Of a DNA stretch of 64,000 nt, positions 43,540 through 58,679 are shown one piece after another (position 1 is the first letter of the stretch; each line of letters begins with the position of its first letter). Source of the DNA: the human T2T-CHM13v2.0 reference genome, Homo sapiens; the NCBI RefSeq assembly GCF_009914755.1, contig NC_060927.1, one strand, 5' to 3'. The notes under the pieces are model-generated. The model was not told the origin of the DNA, did not search any database, and saw only the letters and a list, made by a program, of their open reading frames with translations. A program made the position numbers and the translations under genes.

Positions 43540-44480
43540 CATATTATAAATAATTTTATAAATGTATTAACTTGTATATCATTTGAAGAACTTACATAGT
43601 AACCAATGGATAAATGAATAAAACCCATGCCCAAGTAATTAAAAGAAGAGGAAAAATAGTTAATATGTGAAAAGGTTTATTCTTGCTGGTCATCAAAAAA
43701 ATTACAAGTTAAAATGATGTATTATTTCATACATAATATATAAATAATAAAAGTGATTTTCAAATGTTATTTCTTATCGCTGATAAATTTGTGGTAAAAT
43801 GGTACTTTTATGCATTACTAGGATTCAAATGCCTGTTCAATCCGTTGTGAGCTATGAGACTTTAGAGTAGTCACTAAATCTTCCCACATGAGATAGTGTT
43901 AGTATTAAAATAGTGTGCAAATAAATAATTCCAAGAGAATTATTCTCTTAGTAATCATATATAATTATATATAATTATAAATAAATTAATAATAAATAAT
44001 TTCTAAGAGAATTCTCTTAGAAAAGCAATTTAGTTTCAAGAAGTTTAAAACCTTATATCCTTTGATGACAGAATAATTCCACTCTTAAGAATTTATTTTC
44101 AGGACATAATTCAATAGAGAAAAAATGCTTAATACATTATGTATAATTCAAAAATCAGAAATAATTCAAATGTTCAGCAGAAGAGTTCATTTATTTATTG
44201 TATGTCAATTCTACCTATCTAAAATTCTAAATTCTACCAACTTTTTAGAGACTAAAATGTAGCTAAAAATACCTTTTAAAGCTATACAAATGTAGAAATT
44301 TCTTATGGTATCTTCTTAAAAGAATACAAATCTCTTTATACCATAGTATATGTTTCTGCAAAAGCTATGTCTTCATATAAACAATGATTAGAAGACAACA
44401 TGGAAAAGCGGAGTGAAGTCAGCATGATGGGTGTGATAGCATTGTGACTGATGATATTTTGAATTCTCTTTAATGTTTAG
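43540..44480 (+). mobile_element. Highly degraded ancient L1M fragment, interrupted at ~43824-44020
   Basis: Weak similarity to L1 ORF2 3' segments (CCAATGGATAAATG; CCTTTGATGACAGAATAATTCCACTCTTAAGAATTTAT). Confidence 0.45.
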
Positions 44481-44667
44481 GTAACATAAAAGCATTAATA
44501 GAAAAATTTAAAACACCACATCCGGAATTTAGGAAAATAAAACACTCCCGGGGCAAATGAGTCATACACAAAATACTTTTACCCAATAGATTTGCTTTTG
44601 ACTTTAGACCTTGTTAATATGGAATGACTGATGTGGAAATCCATTAGTCTTTTAAAGTTCATCAGAT

Positions 44668-45049
<382 letters not shown>

Positions 45050-45152
45050 TTAGCTTTTTGAGGTAAATGGCAAAAATGGAGGCAGGTAATAAAAACATAA
45101 AAAGGATTCCACTGAATCATTATTTTAATAAACGTTTCCTCTTTCCTCTTAC

Positions 45153-45242
45153 CGGTTCAGTGTATGAAAACCCCAGACCTTCTGCAGCTGATTTTATCAG
45201 CTCAGACTCCAGCTTATGACGTTTCACAAACATTGTTAAATC
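45153..45242 (-). CDS. P3H2: P3H2 exon 6 (90 nt): DLTMFVKRHK...FSYTEP
   Basis: TAG acceptor 45243-45245, GTAAG donor from 45152, phase 0/0; read directly, absent from ORF track. Confidence 0.95.
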
Positions 45243-45484
45243 CTAGAGAAAAAGAAGTAAAGAAAGACATTTTTTATTTAAATAGCAGGTAAGAGATATG
45301 ATAAATGTTCAGGTGGCAATATTTTCATTAGATAGTCACAAATGAGCTAACAAATATTCAGAACTGCAAGACTTGGCCCCATCTCAACATACTTTCACAC
45401 GCTAGCATGTATGAATAAAAATGTGCTTCAGGCATAAATAAAGTTTGAAAGAACCGAGTTCAACAACCTTTGCTAAATTGTTAG

Positions 45485-46034
<550 letters not shown>

Positions 46035-47273
46035 CTGAAAGACAAAGGAGTTGCAGCATTAGAGTCAGCCTAGGTCTGTCCAAAGGATTTTAAAGGGAGG
46101 CCATCAACGTGTCTACAGAGGTCAGCATTAAACATGAATAAGAGGGAAGATAAATTGAGGCTCAGCAGAGAAAGCAGAAACAGTCACAGATAAAAGGAAA
46201 GACATGATTTCAAGTATTCAAAAGTTATTACCTTTGGTCTGCTTTGGTACTAGTTGTTTTGTGCAAATCGTCAAGTTTCTATCTGAAGATGTTTGTTGAC
46301 AACTTTTATTATTTAACACATATAAACAGCAGAATTCTATGAGTTAATTCTGATTTTTGTACCGAGTTTGGGTTAAGTAAACATCCTGAAGGTGATCTTT
46401 GCAACAGTAATGTACCATTTTATATATAATGTATGAGTAACATAAGTGCTTTTAAAATGTTATTTTTCATTGCTGCAGTTTGTGGTAAACTGGTACTTCA
46501 ATGCAAAGTCCTTCATAGAGTCCCAGATGTTCTGGAGGAAGCCCCTTAAATCCTTCACTATACAATTATAGCACATCCTACAGTAGCAAACTACTAAAAG
46601 GAACTAACAAGGATGTTTCCAATATAAACTTTTCATTATAGAAATATTTAGCTATTACAAGGGAAATTTTAAATGTCTGTATGCCTTGTTTTCAAATAGG
46701 TCACAACGTTGTATTTCTTCTAATGGAAATTTACAATATACGTATGTGTGTATATATATATGTGTGTGTGTGCATGTATGTGTGTATAATAAATACATAT
46801 ACACACACACACACATATATATATACTCTGAGATGACTCTGATTTTTAAAAGGAATGATAAAAATTAAGCAACTCTCTCATCTTTGATTCACTGTTTATG
46901 ACTTGAGCACGTGATTCACTGTGTGCCATCAACGCCAGGATAATAAATAATGTTTTGTTTTTGGAAAGGAAGAGGATTTTGCAAAGTTCCTTTTAAATTC
47001 AGTTCTAAAAAAATTAAGTCTAAAAAACCATGCAAAATGTCAATCTAGTATAATTTTCAGTAAATTATCACAGCATTAAATTTTGTACTTTGCCCATTGG
47101 TGATATCCCCTTCTGCTCTTCTTGTCCTGCAGCTCAGGAGAGAAGAAATGCATAAATTCCTATTGCTTTCATAATAAACTGAAGAAGTCAGAAAACTCAA
47201 TTACAAAAATGTGATGTCTGTAATGATGAACCACAACCCCCCAAGAAGTCTTCACGGATGATCCACGCTTTAC

Positions 47274-47405
47274 CTCGATAGTAGGCAAACTGTAGGTAAT
47301 CATAGTGCAGAGGAAGAAAATTCTCGATGGGAGAGAGGCGGCCAGGGCGGGTGGCAAGTTCCCTCACACATTCATGCTGACAAACAAGCACCTGCATGTA
47401 GTGAT
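47274..47405 (-). CDS. P3H2: P3H2 exon 4 (132 nt): DHYMQVLVCQHEC...QFAYYR
   Basis: AG 47406-47407, GT 47272-47273, phase 1/1; CxxxC motif CQHEC. Confidence 0.96.
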
Positions 47406-50400
47406 CTGGAAGACAAGAGCCAATACGTGTGTTCCTCCAGGTTGCTGAGTGCCCAAACGTCAACGTCACAGCCACAGTTACACAGGTCATTCCTCACCTC
47501 ACCACACTGGAAGACCAAATTATTATAATCCTCACTTCCGGACTGCAAAACCTTTTTACAAAGAAAGTAGGTGACTTGCCAAGGTCTCCTGGTCAGCGAT
47601 CACTAGAACGACAGTAGATTCCGAATCCTCCAGCTCACAGTCTGTTCTCTACACCTCACTTTTCCCTTCCCATGTACACTTTTTATACCCCACAGTCCAC
47701 TTTACCCCACCTACACCCAGCTGAATGTCAGTTTTCATATTTAACAACTTTGGGGTCTCTCTTTGGATATCTTGGATGGCTCGAAGTGCCCTGGAATCGG
47801 GAATGGAAGTTCAGATGCTAGTAAATGTTAAGGAACAGTTTGGAAAAAGAAACCACCATGGGCATGGAAAATTCAGGCTGAGAAGTGAAGCAAAAGTGCT
47901 CTTTTTCTTTCTTAACATTTTCAAGCCAAATTGTCCTAAAAGAGAAATAAAAACTCTTTTTTTTTACACCTATTGGTCAGAAACCTATTCTATCCAGTTA
48001 TAAATTAGTCTATCGCCTAGACATAGTATATTCTAATACTAAGTACATTGTATATTCTTTACCAGAGACTGGTAAAACAGGCAGAAGGATGTAAACTAAA
48101 GGAATGAGCATCTTATTTCCTATTTCTCTTCACTCCCCTTTCTATTGCTCCCATTCTTCTTGCTTGAGAGTCCTGAAGTGTTAGGGTCTTCATGCCACCT
48201 TTGGCTCTGGACTCTATTTTATCAAAGCCTGAGATGAGGAAACACAAGTGGTGAATGTCCCAGAGAAGAAAATGCCTCCTACGTTTCACCTTGACTGATT
48301 TTTACAATGAAGATGTATGTATTTTCCAGCAAGAAAGGTTCATTCATGGCTGCGCTGAGTGGGTTCTTTTGAGAATGATGATAAAATCATTTGATCTCAT
48401 AGCTGTGCAATTTAATTTACCACAACTGCCTTTTTTTCAAAAGGTTCTCTGTTTAGTCTGAGTTTGGCTTGGATCTTGGTGATTTTGCAGAGGGACCCCA
48501 AAACACAACAGGAAGGAAACGTGCATTTTCTGGTGTGGGGGAATGTGCCAGTTTTGTATAACTTGGCTAACTGAATCATTTATAGCACAGCTAATAGAAT
48601 CCCTAAAGCCCATTGGTTATTAACCCCAGTCAGGGGATGTGAAGGAAGAATGAGTTCTATTTATTTGATTAGCATGTTAGAAATAAATAACCAGCTGTTT
48701 CATTTCTTAAGAAAACAAAAATAAACAACCTTCAACTGTTTTCTCCTACTCAACTTACCATTTGCATTTCTATTTACTTTCTAATACACATTCCTTTTAA
48801 TTCCAAGTGACAAGCAAAAGGTAAAGGCGAAAGATACCCACCGAGAACTCAAAATCTGAATGGAAATATTTTTTCAAAGCGGATACAAATAGCAGCAAAA
48901 TAGGAGTGACAGAAAGGTATCCTTTAGGGTTTCATAGCAGAGCTAGTAATAAATAACTGCATTCAGCAGCCATTTGTATTTTTCCCGAACTGTTAATGTC
49001 TAACTCTAAAATTCAAATATTCTGATTTTCTAATACATTTGCTATTTAAAAAGCCAGTTTTATTCCTAATTTAGGACAATTTTGAAGCAGACAAGAATTT
49101 ACATAGTGAGAGCTGTCATATTACTTTTATTAGGTATATCCCTTGCCTCCTTTCTATCTTAAATGACATTGTGCAATTAATATGTTTTTAATAAGTTTGA
49201 GTCTTAAAAATTAAAGAACCTGAGTTATGAGATCTCTATTCTTTTCCAGCTACCGACATGCTGTGGTGATCTTGAGCAAATCACTAAATATTCATCTGTG
49301 GGAAATCGTCGGTCCATTTTCCTAAACCAGATCTAGGACATTGGCCAAAACTGTTCAGTGGCCATTGGTGGAAGCAGGTGTAGAGGCGAATGTGGGCGTG
49401 AAAGCAGGATGCATATCTCCCCACAACCACAACACAGTTAACTATAATAAAGGAAGAATCTGCCATTCCCAAATGCAAGATCAAGTGTAGAGAAATAGCA
49501 ATTAAAATGTGAACCACACATAAAACTGACATTCCAAAAATTTAGGCAACTGGATCTGGCAGAGATCCAAAAAAATAAAACTTTCAGGAAAATATCCTCA
49601 ATAATTGAGATTGCTGTATTGAATTTAGGTGAACTGAGTTGATTTTGGGTATCTGGGTGTGTCACAAATTGGTCATTCGTCATATTAATTTTCAGTCTAC
49701 TTCCTAGTCTAATTTTTGATAGCTATACCCTAATTGTCTCTATAAGAAACCTTAAAAATAATTCTTAACAATAATCCTAAACCTACATTCTCATAAACAT
49801 GGAGTATTTAACCATTTTAATCCCTGCTATGAGATAGATGGATATATCATCTCCTTCCTTCATTCATTCATTAATCAACCCATTCATTTAACCAGTATTT
49901 ACTAAGTAAGTATCTACTATTTGCCACTCACTCTTCTTAGGCACTGAAGATTGAGCACTAAACAGGACAAGGCTTTAGCCGAGAGATAGAAGAAAACAAC
50001 ACTTTGAAGATCTGTAAGTGGAAATAAGCATGGCATATTTAAGGAATCAAAAAGCAGGAGAGAGAGTGAGAGGGAGAGAGAGAATGAATGAAAACATACA
50101 CAAGTGCCCAATCATGAAAGTTCTTATTAAAGAATTGGATTTTATTCCAAGTGGAGTGTAAACCATTTGGGGTGTTTAAACCAGATCTGTGAGCAGAATT
50201 TTGTTTTTTTAGAGACTGCTCTGTGGGCATTTGGAGCAAAACCAGAACAGGACATGAAGAGCAACAAGGAGGCAATCACTGTTGCTTTGAGCCAGGGTGG
50301 TAGCAAAAGGGGTGGAGGGAGTTAGGAAGTGTTCAGTGCTATTAGGAGATAACCTCTATCCAAGTTTGGTAAAAAAATCATATGGGAATAGGAATTAAGG

Positions 50401-50422
50401 AAGATGTTGGATTGAAAGGTAA

Positions 50423-50761
<339 letters not shown>

Positions 50762-51371
50762 ATGAGTAGTGCTTTTTAGGAAGACTGAAAGCACTGGAAG
50801 TTGGGGAGAGCAAACTGATTTTATTCACTGGCATTTCAGTAAGTAAATGAAGTTGAACGTTGCTTTTCATATATGGGTAACTCAGAAAAAAAAGTGTGCT
50901 CAAAATATTTGTGAAAATTTTATTAATAAATTATCCTTTGCCTACTTTTCAATTATGTAGACCTTAAAAGTATAGATTCTAGATTCAGAAAAGTCCAAAT
51001 ATGAGTTCCAGCTTCACTCTAATCACATCACTTAATCTTTTTCAGATAAATTCCTCATTTACAAAAGGGAGAGGAGAGTAAGTAACAATAGTATCTATAA
51101 GAGTTGCTTAAAGCATTAAATAGATAAAAATATGTTAAGTGCTTTGTATGTTACAATTGCTACATATGTGTTGGTTATTATTACTACTGATAATTAAGAA
51201 GTAAATTACTATGAACAATAATAATTTACAGGCTCTCTTTGAATATGAAATATATTAACACTTTGCCTATAAAATATTTTGCAATACTTTCTATTTGTGT
51301 TTGTAGATCAGCTTGGTTTATCGTATAAATCTGTACTTATAAATCTTAGGTAAAGTTTAACTTGTTCTTTA

Positions 51372-51755
<384 letters not shown>

Positions 51756-52460
51756 CTAACAGTTTTATATTTTACACTTATATTGTTATTACAAATACAA
51801 TTTATTTTTGTGTAAGGCATACAGCAGAGAACCCACTTTCTCCTCATAAGTGGTTAACTAGCCAATCTCCCAAATTATTCTATAATGTGCATTACCTAGT
51901 ATTTTAAATGCCGCTTTGTAATATATTAAATTCTTATTAAATAATAAAACATTTTAAGTAGTTGAAGACTACACAAAAGTGTTCACTACTACATTGTTTA
52001 TAATAATGAAAAATTTCAGCCTCTTAAACACTCATCACTAAAGGACTAGTCAATTAAATTATGATGCGTTTATATAACAGAGCATTACCCAACCATTAAA
52101 TACAATAAAATGGCTCTACGTACTTACGTGAGAAGAAGTCCACAATATATTGTTAAGCATAAAATAAAACAACAAAAGTTGAAAAACAATATATATAGTA
52201 TTGTCCTATTTTATAAAAAATGAAATAATAACTATAAATAAATACATAAATATTTACATAAGGACCTGAAAAAGTTTGGGAAGACAGTCACCAAAATTTT
52301 AACTACATACATTTCTCTACAGGAGATAGGCTGGGATAGACACATGAGAGTCTTTTATTTTTACAGTATATTCTTCTATTTTGCTGGAATAGTTTTTTAC
52401 AAATTGCAAGTAGTATTTTTATAATCAAGAAAGAAATAAAATGAAAAATTAAGCTTTTAC

Positions 52461-52650
52461 CTGCAATAGCTTCATACAGACCAGCCTTATACCCTAAATA
52501 CTCATATTCTTCAAATCTCTGAGGCCCCTCACATAGGGTCCGGCATTCTGTATCTTCAACGAAATATTCTCTTAAGGCTTGTTCGAAGTGCCTGATAGCC
52601 ATCTCAAAGTCATCAGCCTCATAATGTTTAACTCCTGCATTGTAACTCTC
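52461..52650 (-). CDS. P3H2: P3H2 exon 3 (190 nt): ESYNAGVKHY...GLYEAIA
   Basis: CAG acceptor 52651-52653, GT donor 52459-52460, phase 0/1; CxxxC motif CRTLC; within ORF 52303..52698. Confidence 0.96.
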
Positions 52651-53655
52651 CTGTAATGAAACAGACAAGAAAAAACAAACAAACAAACAAACAAACAAAC
52701 AAAAAAACCCTTATTTTCAAAGAGAAGGGTTTTTGTTGACTCAGGATCATCTAGGTAGATGGGGTACTGGATGCTTCTGCTGCGGAGGGATAAAGAAGGG
52801 TTGCACTGGGAGATAAAGAACAACATTCCTGGCTTCAAATGCTTGTAAGTGAGAGGGGTCTTACTGAGCAAATAGATTGCTATGTGATCAGTCAATGTCG
52901 TTTTTTTCCTTAGCACATGCAAGACTGTGTTTTTGAAATCATTTGCCTATAGGTAGGGCCATGTAACAAGTGCAGGACAACAGATGTGGGTGGAAGTGAC
53001 ATCCACTTTTAGGCCCTGCCTGTGTTTTTTGTTTTTTTTTTTAATATTTTCTAAAATCTTTCCTTATCCTTTTCTGTGATAATTTTGGAGGCTACATGTT
53101 GAGAATGGTGATGTCAAAAATTAAAAAAAAAAAAGGCTTTCAACATGTGATTTCAAGTAATGTTTAGTCTATATAAAGAACTACATCACTTTTTAAAACC
53201 CCAGTTTGAAACATACAGGTACAATGGGCAAACCACTGGACTGGGAGCTGGAAAATCACAGTATAATCCTGAACAATTTACACTGGCCTCACCTCCTAGG
53301 TATAAAATAAGAGTATCGGAAAGGTTCAGAGAGGATTATAGAGAATTATATGATGTTCTAGTTTTTATCACATTATGCCAATTTTCTAAGTTAATTTTTA
53401 TTTTCTCTTAATTTAAAAATTTTTAATTTTTTAGTTTTTTTATTTCAACTTTTAAAATTTTAATTAAAATTTTAAAAAACCTCAATTTTTTCAGACCTGA
53501 TCATTATATTCTGAGAATTCTGAAAGTCCAAAAATGTTACTAAAATTTGAGAATAAACTTTATGAGATATTCATTCATAGAAATTTGCTGTGACTCAGAT
53601 GAAACTTAGGAGCACTTAGCTCCCTGTGGTGAGGGCAGGGGCCCACAGAGCTTAC

Positions 53656-53808
53656 CATGTGTGGCTTGGCTTCTCTGTCTACCAACTGCAATGCTTCAAC
53701 ACCAGCTGTCGCCCTGTAATTCTCAATGTTCTGCTGCATTTCCATGTGCTCAGGGTTAGCCACGAAAAATGTGTGAGCTGCTTCCACTGCTTTTTCGAGC
53801 TGGTTAAG
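53656..53808 (-). CDS. P3H2: P3H2 exon 2 (153 nt): LNQLEKAVEAAHTFF...EAKPHM
   Basis: AG acceptor 53809-53810 after pyrimidine tract, GTAAG donor 53651-53655, phase 0/0. Confidence 0.96.
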
Positions 53809-53944
53809 CTAAAGAGAAAAAAAAATGACCAAAATGAAGGCAAATATTTCCAAATCACACTCAGAGAAATACAAAGATCAATCCAAAATCTCACAGTTTA
53901 AGAATGAAACTAGGAGCCTTGGGTTTTTTTTTTTTTTTTATCAG

Positions 53945-55150
53945 ACAGGCAATAAAAACAAAATAAATGGGATTATAACAAAGTAAAAAACTTCTGCACA
54001 GCAAAGAAAGCAATCAACAGGTGAAGATACAACCTACAGAATGCAAGAAAATACTTGTAAACTATATTTCCATATCCAAAAGGGGTTAATATCTAGGATC
54101 TATAAGATATATAAAAAGCTGAAAAAACTCTATAGCAAGAAAAGAAAGATTAAAAAATGGGCAAAAGATCTGAAATGACATTTCTCAAAAGAAGATATAC
54201 AATTGGCCAACAGGTGTGTGAAAAAATGCTCCACATCACTAATCACCAGGGAAATGCAAGTCAAAATCACAATGAAATACAACTTCATTCCAGTTAGAAT
54301 GGTTATTAACAAAAAGATAAAAGATAACAAGTGTTGACAAGGAAGTGGAGAAAAGGGCACCCTTATACACTGTTGGTAGGAATATAAATTAGCAAGACCA
54401 TTATGGAAAACAGTATGGAGTTTCCTTAAAAAATTAAAAGTAGAACTACCATAAGATCCAGCAATCTCACTGCTGGGTATATATCCAAAGGAAATGAAGT
54501 CAGTATGTTGAAGCTATATCTGTACTCCCATGTTTATTGTAGCACTATTCACAATAGCCAGGACATGAAATCAACCTAAGTGCCCATCAGCAGATGAATG
54601 GATAAAGAAAATGTGGTACATATACACAATGAAATATTATTCAGCCATAAAAAATAATGAAATCCCATCATTTGCAACAACATGGATGAATCTGGAGGAT
54701 ATTATGTTAAGTGAAATAAGCCAGACACAGAAGGACAAATACCACATGATCTCATTCTTATATGGAATCTGAAACAGTTGATCTCATAGAAGTAGAGTGG
54801 AACGGTGATTGCCAGAGGCTGGAAAATGTAGGAAAGGGAGAGACAGGAAGAGGTTGGTCAAAGAGTACAAAGTTATAGTTAAAGAAGAAGAATAATTTCT
54901 GGTGTTCTCTTGCACAGTAGGATAACAATAGCTAACAATTATGTATTGTATATTTCAGAATAGCTAGAAGAAAGCATTTTTAATGATGTCACCAACATAA
55001 ATGATAAGTGTTTTAGGCAACAGATTTGCTGATTACCCTGATTTAATCATCATACAATGAATACACATATGGAAACATCACACTGTACCCGTAATTATGT
55101 ATACTTATTATGTCAATTAAAAATAAGACAAAACTTTTAAAAAAATTAAA
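53945..55150 (+). mobile_element. Older L1 (L1MA-like) 3' ~1.2 kb
   Basis: Degraded ORF2 3' sequence (AAAACTTCTGCACAGCAAAG, ATGGGCAAAAGATCTGAA, TGGATAAAGAAAATGTGGTAC) and L1MA-type 3' UTR. Confidence 0.82.
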
Positions 55151-55386
55151 AGGATAAATTATTCCAATGCATAAAGATGCTAAGAACAGCACATAAAATG
55201 CTTTACCACACAGCTTTGAGATATTTGATTCCAAACTTACAACTTTGATTCTCATTAATAAAAAAGAATTTTGAACCACCACTACACAGACACTGCCAAC
55301 TGTCTCCTAAACCACTTAATACAATGATCTCCATGTAACAAGCAATGATATATTTTTAAAAAATGGAATTAATTTACCCATTTTAA

Positions 55387-55635
<249 letters not shown>

Positions 55636-57126
55636 TTCACATGTTTACATATGCTTTAGTCATGGAGAATTTCAATAGAGAGATCCATTTACCTCACATC
55701 AGAAAAATAAAAATTCACATTAGTTATCGTTTTCATGGTGGAATCTAAAATATGCTCAATCCATTTTAGTGTGAAGAAATGAAAACTAATTGTTGCTGAA
55801 CAATATAAAATCACAGAATGGCATGTAAGATTCAACTGTATCTGCTTTTGACCATTTTGCCACTCAATTATTGAAAACTAGAAGTAGTAGACTCACAAGT
55901 GCCCAGTCCCTGCAGTCTTGTGAAATATAATCAACTCTTAACACAAAAACATAAACTGCCCTGTTTTAAGACCTAACATCCCATAATAGTAAAGCTTTCC
56001 CTTTTCAAATGTAATTGCACATTTTTAGCTACTGTCTTTCCTTCCATTAAATCTTGCCTGAAATGAGCTCTTCCTGCCACTTTTACCTTTGTCCTCAATT
56101 CTGTGCACTCAGAATTATTTTGACTGTCAAAATCACTAATTTTGGATTTCGTCTTTCTCAACTTTAATCTTCTCAATCTCTTACATATCAATACAGATAA
56201 ATATGAATTGTATGCATCTACATAGTAATAACTATATAGGTATAAAGAATGGGTTCAAAATTGTGTGTGGTTTGCATTTATTGGCCAAGTGAACCTGGAA
56301 AAAGTTGTTTAAACACTGGTGCTTTAATTTTCCCTAAAGAAAAAATGCTCAAAAGAACTATACACCATCATTTACTGTGGAGGATTTTGGAAGGATTCAA
56401 CTGTGAAATACATATGAATGTGTTCAGCAGTCACTAGAGCACTAGAAAAAGATAAATAATAGCATACAATATATAAATGATCTGTTTCAAGGAGGTGAAT
56501 CTGCTCCCATTAATGAAGAGTAGAGTTTATAGCTCCCATGAACACATAATATAAGAGGATAGAGTAGGTGCTTCTGGTTGGTGAAAATTTTCTCTGGGCA
56601 ATAGCCAGTCTACAAGCTATGAGTACAACAGATTAGTACTGACATACTCTGATTCTACAGCACTAGACGTTAAAGTTAATGGAACACAAATAAATATTTA
56701 TGTTCTTAATTTTCCTACTTTATGCTTTGGCTCAGGATATTCCACTGACTTAGAGAATCTTTGTCCCTCTGTCTTTTCTTACTGAAATATGTCATGTCCT
56801 ATAAGGCCAAGCTTAAATCCTGCCTTCTCTAAGAGACCCTTTCCCATTCCTGTAGCCATAGTTGGGTACCACAATATACTCTCAACCTGTTCCTTTACTG
56901 GTACTTACCATTCTGTACCTTATATATGCATCAGTATATCTGCTTCTCCCATTAGAGCTTTCTGTGGACATGGATCATATGGTATATTAATCTTTTTATT
57001 TTCTACCTATTTACATACAGAGTATATCTATGCTATGTCTTAGAAAAGAGAAAAAAACTTGTAAGAAGTAACTTGTAATAAGTTCAAAGGTATATTACAT
57101 GTGAATATGCTTCATGAATTATAAGG

Positions 57127-57438
57127 CAGTGGTCCCCAGTCTTTTTGGCACCAGGGTCCAGTTTCATGGAAGACAATTTTTCCATGGATGGGTTGCAGGG
57201 ATAGTTTCAGAATTAAACTGTTCCACCTAAGATCATCACGCAAGATTCTCATAAGGAGCACACAACCTAGATCCCTCACTTGCACACTTCACCAGAGGGT
57301 TGGCACTCCTATGAGAACCTAAGACCTCCACTGATCTGACAGGAGACAGAGCTCAGGTGGTAAGGTTCACCTTCTGCTGTGCAGCCCCGCTCCTAACAGG
57401 ACTGTACTGATCCATGGCCCAGGGGTTGGGGACCCCTC
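57127..57438 (+). mobile_element. MER1B hAT-Charlie DNA transposon
   Basis: Terminal inverted repeats CAGTGGTCCCCA / TGGGGACCCCTC; 8-bp TSD TTATAAGG (57119-57126) / CTATAAGG (57439-57446). Confidence 0.88.
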
Positions 57439-58679
57439 CTATAAGGTACTAAAAGTTTGTACATTTAATAAAAACTTCTCTGAAATCATCATTCATACTG
57501 AGAGCTTCCAATGTGGTTATCACGATGAATGTGATTCCGTAGCTCTTGAAAACAGTCAATGTCAACAAACTGGGTCCTTTTCTCAAATTTGACGTTTTGC
57601 TTATTTGGTGCTTTCCTCCTTTATAGTCCAGAATTGAAGATACTACAATCTATAAAAAAAGATTCCATGACTAAAGGCTGAACCATAAAACTTCATGAAC
57701 TGGCCCTGGCTTTTAAATTATTGTGAACCAGTTTAGGAAACTAGAATTTGCTGCCAGGGTCTATAAAATAAACCACTGTTTTAACTGGAAGCTTGATACC
57801 TCTGTCTTCCATTGTATAAATACACACATCCAAAGTGGTAAGAAAAGTCCACATAAACATGTGCATGCTACATATAATGTCATATGATTGGATGGAGGTT
57901 ATTACAAGGCATAGTCAGTACTAGGTTTCAGCTAAGGAAGGACCTACCCACTCCTCCAATGAAACAAACCAACAGCACACTACAGTTAAAGGCTCCAAAC
58001 TGGACTTCCTTTAAGACCTAATTAAAACAAACCACAGGAGCGAGTAAGTCTAATATGGGGGTAACTCTATGCATTAGAAAAATAAACTGTGAAATAAAGA
58101 ACAATGGAGAAAAGGGGAATAATCTGACATGAAGATGGTATTGACGTTTAGGGGAGGCCACTGAGATGTCAGAAATACTGGTAAAAATGCCTTCAAGAAG
58201 CTTAGGGCCATTTCCTCTCAAGCTGTGAAGAACTAAGGCAAACATTTTCTCTTGCCAGCCCAGAAGCATGACTACGTGGTAGTCATACTGTATGGACAAA
58301 GAAATGAACATTGACTAAATCAACAGCCTGCTGACGTTCAGAAGTTACACTGTCCTTGAACCTGTGAGTGAATGAGGTTCCTCTGACACAGAAAGAGTTT
58401 TCCATAGCTAGTAATAAAGGACGGATTGCTAAAGCACACATTGACTATTCAAAAATCTCCAGTAGTCATCCATTGACTAGAAAACAGATTTCAGACACTC
58501 CACATCATGACATTCAAGAACTCTGGGATTTGGCTCTGTTTTTCCTGGCATCACTTCTTCCTCTCTGCCATTATACCAACTCTTTCCAGAGAAACTGAAC
58601 TTCTCTAAGTTTTAAAACTTACCACCCGCCTATTCAAGAACACACACATAGGTCCAATTCTCCAGTCATGCCCCAGTTC

